The notes beneath the pieces were generated by a model. That model saw only the letters and a list, made by a program, of their open reading frames with translations, ran no database searches and was not told the origin of the DNA. The position numbers were made by a program, and so were the translations under genes. From Nitrospirales bacterium (GTDB lineage Bacteria > Nitrospirota > Nitrospiria > Nitrospirales > UBA8639): 64,000 nucleotides of DNA. The stretch spans positions 1,504,001 to 1,568,000 of the forward strand of contig CBDBCZ010000017.1 in assembly GCA_965203295.1 (NCBI GenBank), written 5' to 3'. Positions 63,843-64,000 of the stretch are shown here, in pieces (within the stretch, counting starts at the first letter, position 1; each line of letters opens with the position of its first letter).

Positions 63843-64000
63843 CTGTAACATTTTAAAATGAAGACATTGAATAATCACTGCATGGGATTGAGACACTTTA
63901 GCTTTTCCCAGTGGGTATAGGATTCATGATAAAGACATTTCTTCAATTCCAACCTGAAATTCAGCAAAAGTTTTTACCGATATTTCTACCCAGCATTATG

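Larger units (their letters stand above)
50617..64000. repeat. About 9.0-kb direct tandem segmental duplication (unit 1 about 50617-59611, unit 2 from 59612 to the window end)
   Basis: Homology starts at cactgtctggtttgaaag (50617 and 59612); genes and intergenic DNA are collinear with an offset of about 9.0 kb. Confidence 0.95.

Overview
Intron-rich animal genomic DNA; the repeat families and gene content suggest a non-bilaterian invertebrate, possibly a demosponge (inference). From left to right the window contains: (1) the 5' part of a minus-strand anoctamin/TMEM16 gene that runs off the left edge. It has 11 hand-spliced constant exons and four paralogous, ATG-starting, phase-0 candidate first exons (17.1, 18.3, 22.3 and 24.6 kb). 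These share an MA..P[IL]GF.[AG]LV motif and could each splice to one common exon 2, which is the most unusual feature here. (2) An intronless WS/DGAT-like gene with a degenerate HHxxxDG motif. (3) A 58-bp minisatellite. (4) A 17-exon, about 1,350-aa giantin (GOLGB1)-like golgin on the plus strand. (5) A roughly 9.0-kb tandem duplication carrying an unknown intronless gene (frameshifted in copy 2), an intronless tandem-DED protein with no caspase domain, and a 14-exon DBH-like/MOXD1 copper monooxygenase (only its last exon is visible in copy 2). Introns are dense in MITE-like elements, a tRNA-Thr-cored repeat, long hairpins, splice-site-adjacent microsatellites, tandemly duplicated splice donors and orphan coding fragments (GH3 C-terminus, THAP). 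Exon structures were derived by hand from GT-AG sites and phase, and family assignments come from recalled motifs, not database searches.
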